From Saprolegnia diclina VS20 (lineage: Eukaryota), in contig NW_008246100.1 of NCBI RefSeq assembly GCF_000281045.1, positions 207,385 to 232,907 on the forward strand: DNA of 25,523 bases, given 5' to 3'. The notes under the pieces are model-generated. The model saw only the letters and a program-made list of their open reading frames with translations. It was not told the DNA's origin and did no database searches. Below are positions 19,200 to 25,523 of the stretch, in pieces; position 1 is the first letter of the stretch, and every line of letters starts with the position of its first letter. The position numbers were made by a program, and so were the translations under genes.

Positions 19200-21066
19200 T
19201 CAGCCCCATAGCTTGGAGCGGTTGGTTTCTGCGGCCGTGAGGATCTTGTTGTACGTCGCTTGGAGCACAGCGTCTTTCGGAGGGTAAATGAGCTCATACA
19301 CGTTGGTAAACTCGACCGACTCGACTTGGGAGGTGTCCGCATCGTCTTGGTTGTTGCCAATCGAAGGGTGCACGCGGTTGGAGGACTTCCACGGTCGCTT
19401 GGCAGAAGACCGTGTCTCGTCACGCTCAACTTCGTCGTCGTCTTCCGCCTCGTCCGCTTCGTCCACCTCGTCGTTGTTCTCGACGTCCTCACCGGTGGCC
19501 GCGTCGTCGACCTCGGGCACACTTTCGGGCGCAACACTGGTCTCGGATGTGGTCTCGGGTTTGGTCTCGGCCGCAGCTTTGGTCGGCAGCGCTGCATTCC
19601 AGAGACGCTCCTTCCAAGCTCGTCGGTTGCGCTACGCCATGCTCGTGAAAGGAGCAACCACTGAACTCGTACCGCCAAGAAGATCCGCTTGCGCTTATTG
19701 GTGACGTTGATCAGGTCCAGCGCTTGCTCGATGAGCGGCGTCTTGATCTCGCGGTCCAACTTGGCCTCGCCTACCGCCATGTCATGTCGCAATCTCCCTT
19801 GGTAGAAACCTGCAAAGCTCGGTGCGTGATTGACTTCAAAGAGCCACGATTTCCCCTAGAGAAGTACGTCGCCCTCGTGTTCGGACAAGTTGTCTGCTAA
19901 CCTTGTCGTCGAGCATAATATCAAACCCGAGGATCTCGAACGCCGCGGGCCCCCACTCGGTCCGACCTTTGGCGGCATCGGCACCAAAGAAGTTGCGGTA
20001 GCTGGCTTGCAAGCGCGGTTGGATCGCCAGGAGCGTCTTGAGAATGATGTCGCACATCTCGGCCCAGACGGCACTCGGATCGAGGCCGTGGCGCGCGATA
20101 TACGCCATCACAAACGCCAGGCTCCGCTTGCTGCCCTTGGTTTCATCCGCCGATTTCACAAACTCCTTGGCCTTCTTGTTGATGGCGTAGCTACATAGTT
20201 GTCACCATCTTCGTCTAGACCAAAAGGAGACACAACGGACTTGGTCAAATGCATGCGTGTGGCGCTCAAATTCGCTTTGGTCGGCCGTTCGAACGGCGTC
20301 GTACAAAACCGAGCGAGGCCGTTGCGGAAGATGTGGACGCGAAGCGGGTCGACGCTCGTGACGAGTACGTAGATGCGCAAGTCAAACTTGAAGCCGTCAA
20401 TGAGCAGTGGATTGGCCACGTAACGCTGGGCGACACAGGGTTCGGTGACGGGGATTTTTGCAAAACTCTGGACGAGTTTGATGCCTTTGCCTTGGCACAG
20501 CGTGCGCGGCTACACATATGTCCAGTCGTACATTGCACGGTAGACACGATGTACCTTGATGATGTACGTGGCGCCCCGCGCGTCGTGCTCCATGGCCTGT
20601 TGGAGGTCGATGCGATCGGCAGGCAGCAGAAACGAGCGCGGGTAGTAGTCGTAGGCGTCGGGCAGAGCCTTGCGCATGGCATTTCTATAACAGCGATGCA
20701 TAGTAGTGTCACGTTGCCAACGCTGAAAATGGTGTACAAGTGCGTTGCCAGGAAATCCTTGCGGCAAATGTCCTCCATAGACGGAAAGTGGTTGACCTTC
20801 TGGAACGCGTGGAGGCGCCGGGCGTCTTTGAGGAGCTCGCCGCGGTCCGACCACCAAATGTCCCACGCAGCATTCGCGTTCTTCTCCCGCACAAGTCGAA
20901 AGTCTTCGAGAAGCACGTACACACGAGGATATAGGAATGTGCGCGTACCACGGGCTTTGAGGCAGCGCTTGATGATGGCGTACCGGCAGAGCGAGACGTC
21001 GACGACGACCTTGCGCCGCGACTTGATCGGCCCTGCTGGCTCGCGGGACGTCTTCTTGCGCAGCAT
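19200..21066 (-). CDS. Tubulin-tyrosine ligase-like (TTLL) protein, probable tubulin polyglutamylase (TTLL6/7/11/13-like), multi-exon
   Basis: Spliced motifs WDIWWSD, QKVNHFPSMEDICRKD, YIIKPRTLCQGKGI, VAQRYVANPLLIDGFKFDLRIYVLVTS, GLARFCT, MHLTNYAINK, FEILGFDIMLD and WLFEVNHAPSF. Acidic tail ends at TGA 19200. Confidence 0.92.
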
Positions 21067-22025
21067 CAACTAGTAGTCGACTATATTTGGCTACCAGCGT
21101 TTCAAAGGCGTTGTGGGCGAAAGAGAGCGAATATTTTCTGGATCGTTTGTCAGGATATGGTTTCGAATGCAAAATCGACTATAGTCGATGCTGGTTGAGT
21201 TGGTGGCCCCATACACGGATGGATGCACTAGGAGAAGCGCAATGACAGCAATTGCTTGCCGAGAGGCGGCCGCCGTTCGAAGGTCGACGAGCAAAGACCG
21301 GGCGGCCTTCTCTAAAGGCGTTGCTGTCATACATTTTCCTTGGTGATCCCACGGCCCAACGGGCTGTATGAACACAGCCACTGCGATGGAAAGAATGTGC
21401 TGCGGTGGAATAGCACCGCTGGACAACACGTATATATGAACACGCTATAGAGAGGACGCTCTTTACACCCCTTGCCCACCCAGCTCCAAAAATTGTTGTC
21501 GGTCTTTTGATGCTTTACCGTGAAGAAGCATTTCTACATGGTTTGGTGCGTGTGCCACAGCACGGAGAGGCCCCAAAACGTGTCGCGACATCCCTGTCAT
21601 GTTGACGCCGACAGCCAAAGACCAACATTTTTATTTCGCCCAACAGATGTTGCGCCTAAACCAAGCCGCTGGCATCTTGGTCGCTTTCGATTTCTCTGGC
21701 GAGTTGGTGCAGCATATTAGTTGAAGTGAAATGCATGCTACGTAGTTCTTTCATCAAGTACATACGTTAATGTTAGCACTACGATAGCGCTAAGAAATGA
21801 GATGAGCGCTACTAGCACCAACCTTGATTGATGAACCTCCAACCGCGGCGAGCGAAGATTGAGGGTAAGGCAAAAACGCTGCAGGCCACGTAGACTGTAG
21901 GGCAACCATGTCTCGGGAGCATCAACACGCGACCCTTCCGGAAGGATCGGTGCCGCACCCTGATTGGTTTACGCTGCGACAGAGTATACAATGATTAGTT
22001 AATCGCCGCGGCTCCGTGGATGGTT

Positions 22026-22041
22026 CCTCAGTTTGCATTTT
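22026..22041 (+). promoter_or_regulatory. Oomycete-type Inr + FPR core promoter element
   Basis: CCTCAGTTTGCATTTT ends ~10 nt before ATG 22051 and resembles the oomycete consensus GCTCATTYBNNNWTTY. Confidence 0.6.
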
Positions 22042-22050
22042 GCTTTGACC

Positions 22051-23657
22051 ATGGACGCCCTCCTCACGCCGGCGACGTATGGCGCGATCGCGCTCAGTGC
22101 AATGTGCTACGCTTTCTTTGCGCGCGCCAACCAAGCGCCGTCGCTCTACCACCAAACGAACCTCGTCAATACGCAGCTCCTGCAAAAGACCTCGATGCTT
22201 TGTACGCCGCTTCCTCCAAGTACGGTGACTGACATGACCATTCTTCTAGGGGAGAAGTACCGGCCGTCGTGGTTCCTCCTCAACGGGTAGACACATCGTC
22301 CAAACTCCACTCGGCTTGACGGACGACGGCGTAGGCACCTGCAAACCTTCCTCGTCGCGCTGGGCTGCGACACCCCGCGGGTGCACTACACGCGTGAAAT
22401 TCGACCTCTCTCGGACGGCGGCATCGTGTCGCTCGACTGGGCGACGCACCCTGCCGGCACGCCATACGCCAAGGACCACCCGACTGTGGTACAAAATTGT
22501 CCTCGATAATTTAGGACGGGACTGAGCACGACAGTAGCTTCTCTTGCACGGGCTGACGGGCGGCAGCAGCGAGGTGCGTCGTGATCACTGTGTTGGGTCG
22601 ACGACGTGACGTACTTGTACGTGCAGGTGTACATTCGCGCGACCGCCGTCAAGCTCCTCGCGGCGGGCTGGCGCGTCGTCGTCATGAACGCGCGGGGCTG
22701 TGCGCAGACCCCCGTGCGCACGCCCAAGGTATTAACTCTACTACGTCCGTTTTGCGAGGTTTTATTCTGATTTCTAGCTCTTTTGCGGCGCATATACGCA
22801 GGATGTGCGCGAGACGGTGCAGTATTTACGCCAAGTGCACGTGCCGACGGCGCCGCTGCTCGCCGGTGGTTTCTCACTCGGCGCCAACATTCTGCTCAAA
22901 TTTGTGGGCGAAGAAGGCGACAAGTGCCAGCTCTCGGGCGCCATCTCGGTCGGCAACCCATACGACATGCTGGCCTCGAACCGCAACCTCGAGTACTCGT
23001 GGCTGCACAACGTCATTTACAGCACGGCACTCACCAACAACCTCCTTAACCTCTTCTTCAAAAAGGTATACGCCCTCCAAAATGGACAAGTTGTCATCCA
23101 CAGACTGACTAGTCGAACGCCCACGAACACTACGTGAACGACCCGACGATTGACCTCGCGGCGCTCCGGGCCTCGAAAACGGCGGCCGAGTTTGACGAGC
23201 AGCTCACCCGGCGCGTCTTTGGGTACATATTTGTCCTTTTTCTCGTAGACTGAAGGAGTTATTATGGGACCTGTTAGGTACGCGACCGCGAGTGACTACT
23301 ACCGCGATGCCTCGAGCAGTCAGTGTACGATTTGTTATTAGGTACTAGTACGTGGTATTGATCGGCCGCGTAGACATCAAGGGCGTGCGCATCCCGACCT
23401 TGTGCTTGACCGCCAAGGACGACCCGATCTCGATCTACACGGCGATCCCATACGACGACGTTCTCGCCAACCCGCATGTGATCTTGTCGGTGACCAAATA
23501 CGGTGGGCACCTGGGGTTCTTTACAGGTGCGAGCCCCTTCGCGTACCCGGACATGTGGTCGTCGTCGGTCTTTGCCCAGTTTTGCAATGCTGTCGACGAG
23601 CTTGAGCATAATGGGTCCCCCTCCAAGGCGCGTGTCGCTCTGCAAGAAACCAGTTAA
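22051..23657 (+). CDS. Alpha/beta hydrolase of the ABHD1/2/3-YheT-EHT1 type, multi-exon
   Basis: N-terminal hydrophobic segment, LNGHLQT, LSDGGIVSLDW, LHGLTGGS, VMNARGC, nucleophile GFSLGAN, AKDDPI (Asp) and GGHLGF (His). Confidence 0.9.
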
Positions 23658-23689
23658 AATAACAAAGCCTCACTCTCCGTTACATATGT

Positions 23690-24686
23690 NNNNNNNNNNN
23701 NNNNNNNNNNNNNNNNNNNNNNNNNNNNNNNNNNNNNNNNNNNNNNNNNNNNNNNNNNNNNNNNNNNNNNNNNNNNNNNNNNNNNNNNNNNNNNNNNNNN
23801 NNNNNNNNNNNNNNNNNNNNNNNNNNNNNNNNNNNNNNNNNNNNNNNNNNNNNNNNNNNNNNNNNNNNNNNNNNNNNNNNNNNNNNNNNNNNNNNNNNNN
23901 NNNNNNNNNNNNNNNNNNNNNNNNNNNNNNNNNNNNNNNNNNNNNNNNNNNNNNNNNNNNNNNNNNNNNNNNNNNNNNNNNNNNNNNNNNNNNNNNNNNN
24001 NNNNNNNNNNNNNNNNNNNNNNNNNNNNNNNNNNNNNNNNNNNNNNNNNNNNNNNNNNNNNNNNNNNNNNNNNNNNNNNNNNNNNNNNNNNNNNNNNNNN
24101 NNNNNNNNNNNNNNNNNNNNNNNNNNNNNNNNNNNNNNNNNNNNNNNNNNNNNNNNNNNNNNNNNNNNNNNNNNNNNNNNNNNNNNNNNNNNNNNNNNNN
24201 NNNNNNNNNNNNNNNNNNNNNNNNNNNNNNNNNNNNNNNNNNNNNNNNNNNNNNNNNNNNNNNNNNNNNNNNNNNNNNNNNNNNNNNNNNNNNNNNNNNN
24301 NNNNNNNNNNNNNNNNNNNNNNNNNNNNNNNNNNNNNNNNNNNNNNNNNNNNNNNNNNNNNNNNNNNNNNNNNNNNNNNNNNNNNNNNNNNNNNNNNNNN
24401 NNNNNNNNNNNNNNNNNNNNNNNNNNNNNNNNNNNNNNNNNNNNNNNNNNNNNNNNNNNNNNNNNNNNNNNNNNNNNNNNNNNNNNNNNNNNNNNNNNNN
24501 NNNNNNNNNNNNNNNNNNNNNNNNNNNNNNNNNNNNNNNNNNNNNNNNNNNNNNNNNNNNNNNNNNNNNNNNNNNNNNNNNNNNNNNNNNNNNNNNNNNN
24601 NNNNNNNNNNNNNNNNNNNNNNNNNNNNNNNNNNNNNNNNNNNNNNNNNNNNNNNNNNNNNNNNNNNNNNNNNNNNNNNNNNNNNN
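23690..24686. other. N-run (997 nt) over the end of TMD2 and expected NBD2 of ABCC gene 2
   Basis: Run of N beginning directly after MRLDWLAALVLAAV on the minus strand. Confidence 0.95.
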
Positions 24687-25523
24687 GCGACAGCGGCGAG
24701 CACGAGCGCTGCGAGCCAATCGAGACGCATCGTGAGCCACTGGGACGAGATGCGGTACGTGAGGAAGAACTTGGTGTTGGCGTCAATGCGCGCCCGGTGC
24801 GTAGCAATCATGGCAGGGATCTGCCGGTACGCGCGCAGCGTCGGCAAGCCCGAGAGCGCTTCGTTGAGAAGGTGGAGCAGTGGCGAGCGCGACGTCGCAT
24901 CCATGCGCTTGAGGTCGCTCGACGCACGAACGTACATGCGCTGGACGACGTAAAAGACATAGGCGATCGGAATGTACAGCAGCAAGAGGTAGGGCAGCGA
25001 GACGGCGCAGACAACGACAATCGCCAGTACCTGCAGCGAGACTTGGGCAAAGAAGAGGCCAAACATCGGGAGCTGCGAGTCGACCTGGTCCAAATCGCTC
25101 GAGAAGCGGTTGAGGATCCGCCCGATCGGCGTCACATCAAAGAACGTGTTGACCGGCGCCTCGAGAACGCGGTGGAGCAGGCGGCCGTGGAGCGCACGAG
25201 AGCAGACGACAGCGAGTTGCAAGAGAAAGACACTCCGTAGCCACACGAGGCCGATCGAGGCGAGCGCCATTCCCACATAGATGGCCGTGTACGTCCCGTG
25301 CGAGCCAGACGTTGCGTGGGCCGACCAGTACCCCATGAACCAGTCCGTCATGGAGAGTGCGACCTGCGCAATGACAAAGAGACTGACGAGCAGTGTCCCG
25401 ACAACCACGCCGTTGAAGCCGCTCGCACTGCAGTACGCCACATACGTCGCAGCCGTGACAGCACCGACTTGGCGTTCTTCCGCAACGACAAGCGCCCCTT
25501 CGTTCGACGATGTAGTACTCTCG
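23690..25523 (-). CDS. Second ABCC/MRP transporter, partial (TMD2 visible; 5' part outside the window, 3' end in or next to the N-run)
   Basis: LVVAEERQVGAV linker, FFDVTPIGRILNRFSSDLDQVDSQLP, LKRMDATSRSP..EALSGLPTLRAY and WLTMRLDW. Clear paralogue of 14884-18680. The 3' coordinate is approximate. Confidence 0.88.

Noticed and set aside
21091..22020. Short ORFs between the TTLL and ABHD genes
   Set aside because: Lower GC and no motifs; consistent with a divergent promoter region.
1..25523. tRNA/rRNA genes, transposons, or a metabolic gene cluster
   Set aside because: No cloverleaf, rRNA, TIR/LTR or transposase signature was recognised by eye. The neighbouring genes have unrelated predicted functions.

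Overview
Gene-dense, GC-rich eukaryotic DNA with many short (mostly 42-61 nt) GT-AG introns, Inr/FPR-like core promoter elements and CCAAT boxes. It is most consistent with an oomycete (Saprolegniales-like), which is an inference. I can support 11 protein-coding genes, in order: an NPLF-repeat protein (+), a dienelactone hydrolase (-), a Slo/BK-type K+ channel (-), a tandem double SET/post-SET protein (+), a hypothetical protein (+), an 11-exon FHA-like/CHAT/STAND NTPase gene (-), a small repeat-containing protein (+), an ABCC transporter (-), a TTLL tubulin polyglutamylase (-), an ABHD/YheT-like hydrolase (+), and a second, partial ABCC transporter (-). Three N-runs hide the expected ABC nucleotide-binding domains. 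The most interesting item is the gene at 9425-11954. It is fragmented in the ORF track and appears only after manual splicing, with its Walker A motif split by an intron. It encodes a ~690 aa protein with a divergent FHA-like domain, a caspase-clan CHAT protease with His-Cys dyad motifs, and an NB-ARC-like STAND NTPase with no C-terminal sensor repeats. It is a candidate NLR-like, protease-effector signalling or cell-death protein. All gene models were spliced by hand and no database search was run.
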